Assembly (NCBI GenBank): GCA_038087875.1
Contig: CM075990.1
Location: forward strand, 2,544,001 to 2,608,000
DNA: 64,000 nucleotides
Direction of reading: 5' to 3'
DNA from: Malacoraja senta
Taxonomy: Eukaryota
Made by a program: the position numbers and the translations under genes
Shown: positions 49,128 through 61,480 of the stretch, in pieces
Numbering within the stretch: the first letter of the stretch is position 1
Layout: each line of letters opens with the position of its first letter
The notes under the pieces: generated by a model
What the model was told of the DNA's origin: nothing
The model's input: the letters and a program-made list of their open reading frames with translations, nothing else
Databases searched by the model: none

Positions 49128-49450
49128 TGTGGCCCAGCTGGTAGAGCTGCGGCCTCACAGCGCCAGAGACCTGGGTTTGATCCTGTCTCTGGGTGTTGTT
49201 CATGCAGAGTTTGCACGTTCTCCCTGTGACTGCGGGGGTTACCTCCAGGTGCTCTGGTTTCCTCCCACATCCCAAAGACGTGCGTGTTTGTAGGTTACTT
49301 GGCCCTCTGTAAATTGCCCCCAAGTGTGTAGGGAGTGGATGCGAAAATGGGATAACATAGAACTAGTGTGAAAAGGTGATCGATGATCGGCATGGACTCG
49401 GTGGGCCGAAGGGCCTGTTTCCGTGCTGTATCACTTAAGTATCTAAACTA
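49128..49450 (+). mobile_element. V-SINE, variant subfamily
   Basis: Head, V-domain and gggccgaagggcctgtttcc tail. Confidence 0.8.
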
Positions 49451-50009
49451 GCTAAAAGAATCTCAAATTTTGTATTTCAAACAAACTCATTTTACTCTTG
49501 AAAGTGTGAAACTTTAAGCAACAACATTTTAAATTGACAAGCAACAAATTTTCGTAATTAAAACACACATTTCACGAGAACAGACTCTAAGTAATCTCAC
49601 CACACACACTTCAAAGCATCTCACTTCATATCATTACCTCTCCTGCATTCTCAATGGAAACAATTACACATCTGTCTCAGTTGAAACCATTGCAATTCAT
49701 GATGAATTCAAAACAAAAATCGCATGAAATATTGTCAGATCAAACTGACAATATTGAATGCAGTCACTCTTTCTTATTTTATTGTTTTGTAGCATAACAA
49801 AACTTTAGTGAATGCATCAATTCCAACTGCCACTTATTGTGCCGTTTTAGATACACTATAATACTTCTCCACTCCATGCCAATTGCATATTTCACCCAAT
49901 CTTAACTCGGGTAATCCCACTTTATGCTGCCATTTCTCAAACATAGCCTTCCCACACAAGAAATCAGACGCATTTAACGGCATCTCAAATCACACCGGCG
50001 TCACAATTA

Positions 50010-50487
50010 ATGTTTAAGAAGGAACTGCAGATGCTGGAAATATCGAAGGTAGACAAAAATGCTGGAGAAACTCAGCGGGTGAGGCAGCATCTATGGAGAG
50101 AAGGAATAGGCGACGTTTCGGGTCGAAAGCCTTCTTCAGACTGATGTCGGGGTGGGGGGGGGGGCGGGTAGAAGAATGGAAGAGGCGGAGACAGTGGGCT
50201 TGTGGGAGAGCTGGGAAGGGGAGGGGAAGGAGGGAGAAAGCAGGGACTACCTGAAATTGGAGAAGTCAATGGGGTGTAAACGAGCCAAGCGAAATATGAG
50301 GTGCTGTTCCTAAAATTTGTGCTGGGCCTCAATCTGGCAATGGAGGAGGCCCAGGACCCAATGTAGGAGGCCTCGACCCGAAACTTCACCTATTCCTTCT
50401 CTCCATAGATGCTGCCTCACTCGCTGAGTTTCTCCAGCATTTTGTCTACCTTCAATTTTTCCAACATCTGCAATTCTTTCTTAAACA
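50010..50487. mobile_element. Penelope-like remnant with inverted terminal repeats
   Basis: 50012-50125 is the reverse complement of about 50374-50487. It encloses GIY-YIG C-terminal remnant sequence and a hammerhead-like core at 50112-50139 (minus). Confidence 0.7.
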
Positions 50488-50489
50488 GT

Positions 50490-50770
50490 GTTTAGTTTAG
50501 TTTAGTTTAGAGATACAGCGCGGAAACAGGCCCTTCAGCCCACCGCGTCCGCACCGACCAGCACATTAACACTATCCTACACACATTAGGGACTATTTTT
50601 ACATTCACACCAAGCCAATTAACCTACAAACCTGTACGTCTTTGGATTGTGGGAGATCTCGGAGAAAACCCACACAGTCACGGGAAGAACGTACATACTC
50701 CGTACAGACAGCACCCGTAATTGGGATCAAGCCCGGGTCTCTGGCACTGTAAGTGTTGCAAGACAGCAAC
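50490..50770 (-). mobile_element. HE1-type V-SINE
   Basis: Tail, V-domain and partial head. Confidence 0.8.
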
Positions 50771-50829
50771 TAAATGTTATTCGAACCATGTGTGACTGAA
50801 CCAGTCCATGTGAAATATAACAGTAAAAG

Positions 50830-51100
50830 GATGTACCTTTAGAAAGGAGATGAGGAGGAGTTTGTTCAGTCAGAGAGTGGTGAATCTATGGAATACATTG
50901 CCACAGACGGCTGCGACAGCCAAGTCAATGGGTATCTTTAAAGCGGAGATTGATAAGTTGTTGATTAGTAAGGATGTCAAAAGTTACAGGGAGAAGGCAG
51001 GAGAAAGGGGTTGAGAAGATATAACGGATCAACCATGATCGAATGGCGGATCAGACTCGATGGGCCGAATGGGCCTAATTGTGGTCCTATGTCTTATGTT
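50830..51100 (+). mobile_element. CR1 3' fragment
   Basis: cagagagtggtgaatctatggaat followed by the CR1 UTR. Confidence 0.78.
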
Positions 51101-51499
51101 CTTGGTATGAATTGAGACAGAACTATGTGATTGTGTATGGAGTGATGGTTTGATTTGAGTGTGTGTGCATTGCAATAGTCAAAAGTAAAATTACATTGAC
51201 TGTTCTGGCAGAAATGAGGATTACAGAATGTGAACGACAATATGAAGGTATATGATTATATGAGGTGTAATGGTTTGAGGAGATTGAGTGACGTGTGAAT
51301 ATTTCACTGCATGATATATAACAGTTTTGACTAAGTTCTTGAGGGGAAACTATTTGAATTGAGATGCTAGAATGTGTCATTGGTTGAGTCTGTGTGAAGT
51401 GTGATGGTTTTAACTAAAGTTATAATGGTTTTACACGTGCTGTAATGTATGATTTCAATAGACTATGAATTATGATGGTTTCAAATACACCTGGGACCT

Positions 51500-51805
51500 A
51501 TGGTGGTGCAGCGGTAGAGTTGCTGCCTTACAGAGCTTGCAGCGGCGAAGACCCGGGTTCGATCCCAACTACAGCTGATGTCTGTACAGTGTTTGTACGT
51601 TCTCCCCGTGACCTGGGTTTTGCCCGAGATCTTTGGTTTCCTCCCACACTCCAATGCAGGTTTGTGGGATAATTGGCTCGATATAAGTGTAAATTGTCCC
51701 TGGTGTGTGTAGGATAGTGTTAATGTCCGGGATCGCTGGTCGGTGCGGATTCGATGGGTCGAAGGGCCAGTTTCCACGCTGTATCTCAAAACTAAACGAA
51801 ACTGC
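51500..51805 (+). mobile_element. HE1-type V-SINE
   Basis: Head, V-domain and tail. Confidence 0.83.
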
Positions 51806-52227
51806 ATGAGGAGTGCCAACTCAAAGTGTTGCTATATAGTGTGCAATGATTTTAATTCCGATTAGATGCAAGCTGATGATTTAACTTGATTGGACTCCCT
51901 ACAACCCAGGCAACTATATACCACAGCAGAAACTTTGAGCTATAGTCTGTTTTTGTCTTTGCATTATTATTGTTTGTTTTTTACATATACATATATAATT
52001 GGGGAGTTGAAAGGTTGAGAAGGCACAATTGATCAGCCATGATCGATTGGCAGAGCAGACTTGAGCGGCTGAATGGCCTAATGTTTTATATAACATATTT
52101 ACATATACATATCCCCATTACATATATACATTATGACATATACACAAATGTATATGTTATATATATATATTTAACACATTTAACAAAAATAGCTATATAC
52201 ACACACGCACACATGCATATAGAGACA

Positions 52228-52261
52228 GTGTGTCTGTACATGTGTGTGTATGTGTATGTCC

Positions 52262-52319
<58 letters not shown>

Positions 52320-52662
52320 ATGTGCCTGTGTGTGTGTATGTATGTGTGTGTGTGTGTGTGCACAGGTATGTATGTGTGTGTGCATGTGTGCGTATGTGCA
52401 TTTGTGCATGTGTGTGAGTGCTTGTTTGTGTGTGTGCGCGTGTGCATGTGTGTTTGTGTGCATGTCTGCGTGTGTGTACGTGTGTGTGTGTATGTGAGTG
52501 TTTATGTATGTGTGTATGTATGTATGTATGTGTGTGCGTATGTACATGTGTGTGCATGTATGTGTGTGTATGTGCATGTGTGTGTATGTGTGCATGTATG
52601 TGTGTGTGTGGTGTGTATGTGTGTGTGTGTGTATGTGTGTGAATGTGTGTGTGTGCGTTTGT

Positions 52663-52709
<47 letters not shown>

Positions 52710-52726
52710 TGTGTGTGTGCGTTTGT

Positions 52727-52778
<52 letters not shown>

Positions 52779-52841
52779 GTGTATGTGTGTGTGTGCGTTT
52801 GTGTGTATGTGTGTGTGTGTGTGTGTATGTGTGTGTATGTG

Positions 52842-52873
<32 letters not shown>

Positions 52874-52973
52874 CGTGTGTGTATGTGTGTGTGTGCGTTT
52901 GTGTGTATGTGTGTGTGTGGTGTGTATGTGTGTGTGTGTGTGTATGTGTGTGAATGTGTGTGTGTGCGTTTGT

Positions 52974-53024
<51 letters not shown>

Positions 53025-53041
53025 TGTGTGTGTGCGTTTGT

Positions 53042-53095
<54 letters not shown>

Positions 53096-53232
53096 GTGTA
53101 TGTGTGCGTGTGTGTGCATGTACATGTGTGTGTGTGTGTCTGTGTGTGTGCGTGTGTGTATGTGTGCGTGTGTGGGCGTGTGCATGTGTGCATGTGCATG
53201 TGCATGTGCGTGTGCGTGTGCGTGTGCGTGTG
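52228..53232. repeat. Compound (TG)n microsatellite of about 1 kb
   Basis: Seen directly; recurring interruptions gaat, gcgttt and gtat. Confidence 0.98.
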
Positions 53233-53961
53233 ACCAGAAAGCCCTTTGCTTGTATTTTATGGTTTTTACAGAGCACTATGTTTGTTGCTGCCGCAGATAA
53301 GAATGTTATTGTTGTGTTTGGGGACATGTAACAATAAAACACTCTTGACTCTTGCCTGTAGGAAATGTGTTGGTTTGATTTGGAACTGTAGGAAGTGTCT
53401 ATGTGAGGGACTGCGTCACAATCTGAGTAAATACTGTATAAAGACCAAAGATAGACACAAGAAGCTGGAGCAACTCAGCGGGACAGGCAGCATCTCCCCC
53501 GAGTCAAGCGGAGCGCTGGGCAGGGGGAGAGAGCGAGATGCATTAGTGCGAGGCTTCGGCCGTGGGCTTGAATCGGCCCGTTCACGGGGTCTTTCATCGG
53601 CCGGCGGGGGCTTCCACATCAGGAGTCTTGATCGCCTCGATGCAGCAGTTTGATTTTAAGCCGTGACGGACGCTGAAAGGCCCCACGAATGGTTCGATTC
53701 AGCCCATAGAAAGCGGCTGATAAAGTCCAGATGACAAAACATGGGGGGGATTGTCCCCCACCTCTCAAAGCGGGGGGGGGGGGGGGGGGAACGTGTCCCC
53801 CCTGTACCCCCCAGGATTTCCGCCCCATGTTCTACTTAGTGAGATGGGAGAGTGCTTGACTCATGGAATTGTGACTGTAACAAGTGTCACAGGCACAAAG
53901 AACTAAGGTGGTTTAAGCTGAGACGGTGAAGCACAATGGTTCAAACTCCATCAACAACGAG

Positions 53962-54240
53962 AGGGGCAGCACAGTGGCACAGTTGCAGAGTTGCTGCCCT
54001 GCAGCACCAGAGACCCATGTTCGATCCTGACAACGGGTGCTGTACATTGGGTGCATGGGTTTTCTCTGGGCCCTCCGGTTCCCTCCCACACCCCAAAGCC
54101 ATGCAGGTTTGTAGGTTAATTGGGTTCTGTAAACTGCCCCTAGTGTGTCGGAGAGTGCTAGAGTACAGGGTGATTGATCGCTGGTCGGTGGGCAAAAGGG
54201 TCTGTTTCCACATTGTTATTTTTAAAGCATAAAGTCTAAA
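53962..54240 (+). mobile_element. HE1-type V-SINE, decayed
   Basis: Head, partial V-domain and tail. Confidence 0.75.
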
Positions 54241-54809
54241 GATAGTTTAAACTGGTGCCATTGGTGATAGAACCAGATCAGATAGTGACATTTAAGAGTA
54301 TTTAAGATTGTCACAAGAATATGCAGGGAATGTAAGGATATGGATTGTCTGCAGGCAGAGGAATAGTTTTAATGTGGCACAATGTGTGCCACAGACAGAA
54401 AGGTCTGTTCCTGTACTAGTTGTACAGTAGTTGAGGCTGGTACTATCACAATGTTTAAGAAACATTTGGACAGATACATGGATAGGACAGGTTTAGAGGT
54501 ATATGGGCCAAATGCAGGCAGATGGGACAAGTGTAGATGGGACATGTTGGTCGGTATGGGCAAGTTGGGCCGAAGGGCCTGTTTCCACATTGTATGACTG
54601 TATGGCTCCATGACTCTACTGTTCTGTTCTACGTTCTAAATTCTGCAGCAAATGCTTCAGTTTAAATTGAGATTTTATAAAGTGCAACATTTTGAAATAA
54701 GATTGCAGGGCCTATTGTAGTTCGAATGAAGATCTATGAAAATTGAAAGTGAACCAATTTGTATGAACATAAATTTTACCTAGAACTATGCAGTGCAACA
54801 GTTGGAACA

Positions 54810-55050
54810 ATCTACACCTCAAGCAGCCTCGGCAAGGCCAACAGCATAATCAAGGACCAGTCTCACATCAGTCACTCCCTCTTCTCCCCTCTCCCATCAG
54901 GCAAGAGGTACAGAAGTTTGAAAACGCACACCTCCAGATTCGGGGACAGTTTCCTCCCAGCTATTAACAGGCAACTGAACCGTCCTCTCACCAACTAGAG
55001 TGCGGTCCTGACCTCCCATCTACCTCATTGGAGACCTTTGAACTATATTT
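54810..55050 (+). mobile_element. Rex1-like LINE 3' fragment
   Basis: LGKANSIIKDQSHISHSLFSPLPSGKRYRSLKTHTSRFGDSF. Confidence 0.72.
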
Positions 55051-55719
55051 ACTCGACCTTTATTGGGCATCAATGTTTTATCAAGCACTGAATACAAGAT
55101 AAATAATCTTCTAATAACCAAGATACAGGACAGAACGCCTCAGGAGATCCTTCTTCCCTGTGGCTATCAAACTGGACAACCCCGTTCCCCTTCTGTCATG
55201 GGGTAGACTGAGACTGACTCCCCTCCCCTTTCCCACCCCCCCCCCCCCTCCTCCCCAGTCTTTGCACATCCCCCAATCCTTTCCACTCGTCACTTTAATT
55301 TAATGTTTCATGTATTTTGGGTTTTATGACTGTTAGCAGATCAATTTCCTTCCTGGATTAAGTTTTATCGTATAGTATAGTATCGTATCGTTTAACTTTG
55401 CACTGCGGATGGATTGATTATATTCATGTACAGCCTTTTCTTTGACTGGATAGCACGCAAACAAAAGCTTTTCACTGTACCTCGGTACACAGTTTAATTT
55501 ATTGTCACGTGTACTGAGGTACAGTGAAAAGCTATTGTTGCGCGCTAACCAGTCAGCGGAAAGACTATACATGATTGCAATCGAGCCAATTACAGTGTGC
55601 AGATACACGATAAGGGAATAACGGTTATTCAAATCGAACCCCATAGAAGCATAGAATCAAAGAAAAATACGGCACAGAAATGGGCCCTCTCATCCCACCT
55701 TGTTCAAGCCATCTGTGAT

Positions 55720-56030
55720 GTTAGTTTAGTTTAAAGAGGTACATTGCAGAGACAAGCCCTTCGGCCCACCGAGTCTGCGCTGACCAGCGATCCCCGCACA
55801 TTAGCATTATTCGACACACTTGGGACAATGTACAATTTACAGAAGCCAATTAACCTACAAATGTGTACGGCTTTGGAGTGTGGGAGGAAGCCGGAGCACC
55901 CTGAGAAAACCCACGCAGTCACGGGGAGAATATGTACAAACTCCGTACAAACAGCACCCGTAGTAGGATCGAACCTGTGTCTCTGATCCTGTAAAGCAGC
56001 AACTCTACCGCAGCGCCACCTGTTCCGCCT
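55720..56030 (-). mobile_element. HE1-type V-SINE
   Basis: Tail, V-domain and head. Confidence 0.83.
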
Positions 56031-56394
56031 GTGATGCCGAAAGACTCAAATCCCATTTGCCGTATTAGGCCTCAACATCTCTTGGGGTTCAAATTATCAT
56101 AATTCATACTTTCAGTTAAGCTTTATTTAATCTCATTTTAAACCGTGAAGCATTTTAAAATCGTGATCCAAATAATTCCCCCTCGACAGTCACGCATCTC
56201 ACCGACACAGTTCTTTCAGTGACATATCAAATAATTACTCTTCGTGCAGTCTTTCTATCCATTGTAGTTCAATAATATAGAATGTTATGTTTCAAAGAGT
56301 CTCAGTTTATCTGTGTAATTCGTATTGATTCAGCTCAATCACACTTCATGCTGTCTCATTTTATATTTTATATGTTTATCCTCTATATGTTATG

Positions 56395-56612
56395 TTTAGT
56401 TTAATTTAGTTCAGAGATTCAGCGCAGAAACAGGCCCTTCGACCCACCGAGCCCGCGACGACCAGCGATCCCCGCACCATTAACACTATCCGACACGCAC
56501 GAGGGACAATTTACAATTATCCTACAGCCAATTATCCAATTAGCCAATAACCTACAAACCTGTACACTTTGGAGTGTGGGAGGAAACCAGAGATCCTGGA
56601 GAAAACCCATGA
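56395..56612 (-). mobile_element. HE1-type V-SINE 3' part
   Basis: Tail and partial V-domain. Confidence 0.78.
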
Positions 56613-56639
56613 GTCATAAGATCATAAGGGAACTCTAAT

Positions 56640-57933
56640 ATGAACGTCCTATCCACCTTTGGATGTCCTGAAAAGTACATTCGAATCACGAGACTCCTCC
56701 ACGATGACATGCTTGCCACAGTCATGGCCAGCAACAGCAACTGTGAGCCGCTTCGTCAGATCAGGAATGAAACAGGGATACGTGATGCCCCCAACACTGT
56801 TCATCATCTTCATTGCGACTACCATCCACATCATCCAGATGACCTACCCCAAGGAATGGAAATCGTCTACAGAACAGATGGCAGACTTTTCAATCTTGCC
56901 CGTCTCAAGTCCAAAACTAAGACATCTATGAGCTCCCTCATCGAGTTCCAATACGCAGATGACAACTTGTGTGCAGCTCTCTCAGAAAATCATTTGCAAC
57001 AGATCCTGACTGCCTTCTACAGTGCATACACGAAACCTGTACTTACCATCAACTCCCAGAAGGCTCAGGTTATCTACCAATCGTCACCAACTGAGACAAA
57101 CCGGAAAGAAACCATCAATTCAACTTGGTGAAACAACCCTGGAAAATTGTGGATTCACTTTCCGTACCTTGGGAGTCACCTCTCCCTCCAATGTCGACCT
57201 TGATGACGAGATCCAACATCGTATTAAGTGTGCTGGAACAGCTTTTGGACGTCTTCGAACGATAGTCTTTCATAACCGTGACATCTGAACAGACACCAAA
57301 ATGTTTGTGTACAAAGCAGTTGTGATTCCAACGCTCCTGTATGCATCAGAAACCTGAACAACATATCGCCCATCTGAAAAGTTCCATCAACGATGTCTTC
57401 GAAGCAGCTTAAATATCAGTTGGGAAGACAGAAGAACCAACATCAGTGTGTTGAATGAAGCAAAAACATCTAGCATCAAAGTCCTCGCCATCAAGAACCA
57501 ACTAAGATGGGTCGGTCATGTCGTTCGGATGGAAGACGAGCGACTACCAAAGCAAACCTTCTACTCCCAGCTTAAAGAAGAGGCGTAAAAGAGGCGGACA
57601 AAAGAAGAGATTCAAAGACGCCTTAAAAGCCAGCATGAAGAAATGGGCAATCGACATCGACAATTGGGAAACCAATGCCAAGGACAGGAAACTCTGGCGA
57701 ACCATCATCCAAGAAGGAACAGCGACCTTCGAAGACAAGAGATGCGCAGAATTAGAAGAAAAGAGAAGAAACGGAAAGAGAGGCAGCAACAACCAAAGAT
57801 CGATCTGCCATCTGGAATTACCTGTCCTGAATGCCGAAGAACTTTCAAAGCCAGGATTGGAACTAGCCACCTGAGAGTCCATACAAACAGAATGTAGACC
57901 ATCATACTCGACCACGAGTGGTAGCCACGACGA
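56640..57933 (+). pseudogene. RTE-clade (BovB-like) LINE reverse transcriptase remnant, 5'-truncated and frameshifted
   Basis: LSTFGCPEKYIRITRLLHDDM, GMKQGYVMPPTLF, YRTDGRLFNLARL, FQYADD, DDEIQHRIKCAGTAFGRL, YKAVVIPTLLYASET, RWVGHVVRMEDERLPKQ and a C-terminal CPECRRTF...HLRVH zinc finger. Confidence 0.88.
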
Positions 57934-57934
57934 T

Positions 57935-58330
57935 TAGGTCATAAGTGATAGGAGCAGAATTAGGCCATTTGGCCCATCGTCTACTCTGCCATTCAATCAA
58001 GGCTGATCTACCTCTTGCTCCTAACCCCATTCTCCTGCCTTCTCCCTATAACCCTTGACACCTGTACCAATCAAGAATCTATCCATCTCTGGCATAAAAT
58101 ATCCATTGGTCCCCACAGCCTTCTGTGGCAATGAATTCCACAGATTCATCACCCTCTGACTAAAGAAATTCCTCCTCCTCTCCTTCCAAAAGGAACGTCC
58201 TTCAATTCTGACTATGACCTCTAGTCCTAGACTCTCCCGCTAGTGGAAACATTCTCTCCACATCCACTCTATCCAAGCCTTTTACTATTCGGTACGTTTC
58301 AATGAGGTCCACCCACATTCTTCTAAACTC
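57935..58330 (-). mobile_element. CR1 3' fragment
   Basis: DLIETYRIVKGLDRVDVERMFPLAGESRTRGH. Confidence 0.85.
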
Positions 58331-58500
58331 ATTCACGGGGAGAACCATACAAACTCCCACCAGGCAGTACCCGTAGTCAGGACCAAACTGTGCCATCCAA
58401 TAAGTCTCATATATATTTTATCATATTTCAAAACCATTGCACTTCATAGCACATCAAACTTTTCCAGTTCGAGCCTATCATACATCAAATGCATGCATCA

Positions 58501-58815
58501 AGGGCGGCACGTGGCGCAGCGGTAGAGTTGCAGCCTCACAGTGCCAGAAAACCCGAGTTCGATCTTGACTACCGATGCTGTCTGTACGGTGTTTGTACGT
58601 TCTACCCATGACCTGCGTGGGTTTTCTCCGAGATCTTCGTTTTTCTCCCACACTCCAGAGACGTACATGTTTGTAGGTTAAATGGCTTGGTAAATGTACA
58701 AATTATCCCTAGTGTGTGTAGGAAAGAGTTAATGTGAGGGGGATCGCTGGTTAGCATCGACCCGATGGGCCAAAGGCCTGCTCTGCGCTGTATCTCTAAA
58801 CTAAACTAAACTGAA
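58501..58815 (+). mobile_element. HE1-type V-SINE
   Basis: Head, V-domain and tail. Confidence 0.85.
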
Positions 58816-59099
58816 CTAGTGGAAACTAGTGTACGCTGTGATTGGGTGTTGCTATGTCGCTAATGTGTATAGGACATGCGTTAGTGTGCGGGGATTGCTG
58901 GTCGGTGTGGACTCGGTGGGCCGAAGGGCCTGTTTCAGCGCCGTATCTCTAAACCAAACTAAACCACTTGTCTAGACTCACACATGTTTCTCAGCTTCCC
59001 CTCCCCTTCCACCTACATTTCTTCTTCTAGCTTCACAATTTGCAACTCTTCAATCCTTTTGTCTGGCACATTCTGTCTTTTCATCTCTGGCCTTTGATT

Positions 59100-59375
59100 A
59101 ATTTAGTTTTATTTCGAGAATCAGCATGGAAACAGGCGCTTTGGCCCGGCAAGACCACGCCGACCATCGATCACATGTACACTCGTTCCGAATCCCACAC
59201 ACAAGAGCATTTACAGAAGCCATTAACCTACAAACCTGAATGTCTTTGGAATGTGGGAGGAAGCCAAGGCGCCTGGGAGAAACCCACGTGGTCCATACTA
59301 CATACGGACAGCACCCGTGGTCAGGATCGAACCTGGGTCACTGCCGCTGTGAGGCTGCGCCACTGTGCCACCCAC
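59100..59375 (-). mobile_element. V-SINE, decayed
   Basis: Tail, V-domain and head remnants. Confidence 0.7.
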
Positions 59376-59662
59376 CTGATTAGATCAAGCTCATTGTCCA
59401 CCATCTGCCTATCAGAGAACCTCCGTCATCTGTTTCAGGCTTTCTTTTGTACCTCCTCTATTCCAGCTTCCAACCCCCCCCCCCTCCGCCCCCCTCCACC
59501 CTCCCTACAATCAGTCAGAAGAAGGGCCCCGACTCGAGTTGTCACCTATCCATGCTCTTCAGATGCGCTGCCTTAACCATTGAGTTAATACAACACTTTG
59601 TGTCTTTTTCATAAACCAGCATCTGCAGTTCCTGGTATCCACAGTTCTAATCCTTTCAGAAT

Positions 59663-59947
59663 AGGGTGGCGCAGTGGTAGAGTCGCTGCCCCACAGCACC
59701 AGAGTCCCGGGTTCGTTCCTGACTACCGGTGCTCTCTGTACGAAGTTTGTACATTCTCCCGTGAGCATGTGGTTTTTTGCCGGTTTTGCCCACACTCCAA
59801 AGACATACAGGTTTGTAGGTTAATTGGCTTCTGTAAATTGTCCCTAGTGTGTGGGATAGTGCAAGTGTGCCAAGATCACTGGTCGGCATGGACTCAGTGG
59901 ACCGAATGGCCTATTACTGCACTGTATCTCCAAACTAAACTAAACTA
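59663..59947 (+). mobile_element. HE1-type V-SINE
   Basis: Head, V-domain and tail. Confidence 0.83.
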
Positions 59948-60025
59948 ATCATTTGTATTTCAGATCTTTGCATGCCAAGGTGTCACACTGAAGTCCTCAC
60001 ACTGAATAGTCACTTAAAATCCTCA

Positions 60026-60470
60026 AGGGCCTGTCCCACTTAGGCTATTATTAGGCGACTGCCAGCGACTGTCATAGTCGAAGCAGGTCGCCGAAAAACA
60101 GCGACTGGACCCCCCTACGACATAAAATTTGAAATAGAATCATTACTTTAACAATAAAATAAATCTGGTCAGCACCGGCAACAACCTACGTCACGTGGCG
60201 ACAACCTACGTTAACCTGGCGACAACTGGCGACAGCACCTACGTCAGGAAAAGTCAAGCTACGCTCATTTGCGTCAAACCCACTGTCGCCGACTGTCTCC
60301 GAAATTTTTTGAACATGTTGAAAATCCAGCAGCGACCAGAAAGACGCTGCGACTCTTTGTGCGACTGAGGAGACAACTCACCACCATACAGGCGACACCC
60401 CGACGACCGTGTGTCGACAGCCTAGTCGCCTGTGGGTCGCCTAAAAATTCGCCTAAGTTGGACAGGCCCT
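60026..60470. mobile_element. PIF/Harbinger-type MITE, different interior
   Basis: agggcctgtcccacttaggc...gcctaagttggacaggccct with TCA duplicated on both sides. Confidence 0.82.
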
Positions 60471-60869
60471 TCACACGTTGAATAGTCACTTAAAATTCTT
60501 ACAATTCAGTCATTGCACTACAAACTATCACAATTCAAACCCGTACACACCAGTCAGTCACCAAATGCTGCCACAATTTAAAGCTGTCACTGGTTAAGTT
60601 GCAGAGCTTTGAACAGCCACAGTTTAAATGATCGTACTTCAATCTGTAACATCTTTCAGCTCAAAACAAAAATCACAGTTTAAATCACTGCACCTCCAAT
60701 CGAAGCATTTAAAGTTGTCACATTCAGAAGGTCGAACTCTGAAGCCCACACTTCTATTCATCAGTATTTGGAAATACTGCAGGTCCTGCAACCTCAGATA
60801 TATACAATCCCTGGGATCAATCTCATCTATCCCAGGTTTATCAACCTAGGCCCACTAAGGCATTGGGTT

Positions 60870-61480
60870 AAATTGAAGATAGACACAAAATGCTGGAGTA
60901 ACTCAGCGGAACAGGCAGCATCTCTGGAGAGAAGGTGACTTTTCAAGTTGAGACCCTTCTTCAGACTGAGAGTCAGAGGAGAGGGAGACACAGAGATAAG
61001 GAAGGGTAAGGTGTAAAAACAAGACATCAAGGGGGATGAGGCTTAAAGAAAATGTAGAATAGTTCATTGCTAGCTCGGAGAAAGTGACAACGAAGCATAC
61101 AGAGATAAAATGTAATCAGGGAGTCAGTCTGACTGGTCGGAGAACTGGGAAGGGGAGGGATGGAGAGAGAGGGAAAGCAAGGGTTACTTGAAGTTAGAGA
61201 AGTCAATGTTCATACCGCTGCAGTGCAATGTGTAGGAAGGAAGGTCTAAAGAAGAGTCTCGACCCGAAACGTCACCCATTCCTTCTCTCCAGAGATGCTG
61301 CCTGTCTCGCTGAGTTACTCTAGCATCCATCTGCTGGGTGTAAGCTGCACAAGCGAAATATGCTCTTCCTCCAATTTGTGCTGAGCCTCACTCTGACCGT
61401 GGATGAGGCCCAGGACAGAAAGGTCAGTGTGGGAATGGGAGGGAGAGTTAGTGTTTAGAAACCGGGAGATTAAGTGGGTT
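60870..61480 (-). mobile_element. Penelope-like 3' region with a nested terminal fragment
   Basis: SGMNIDFSNFK* and HSHTDLSVLGLIH remnants; hammerhead-like cores at about 60940 (minus) and 61246 (plus). Confidence 0.7.

Noticed and set aside
52039..53342. Long His/Thr-rich and Cys/Val-rich ORFs, up to 403 aa
   Set aside because: They are translations of the (TG)n/(CA)n tract, open in most frames, and are not genes.
53735..53828. hAT-like terminal fragment with a G-run (also about 7828-7942)
   Set aside because: Only one plausible terminus and no verifiable 8-bp duplication, so too weak to call.
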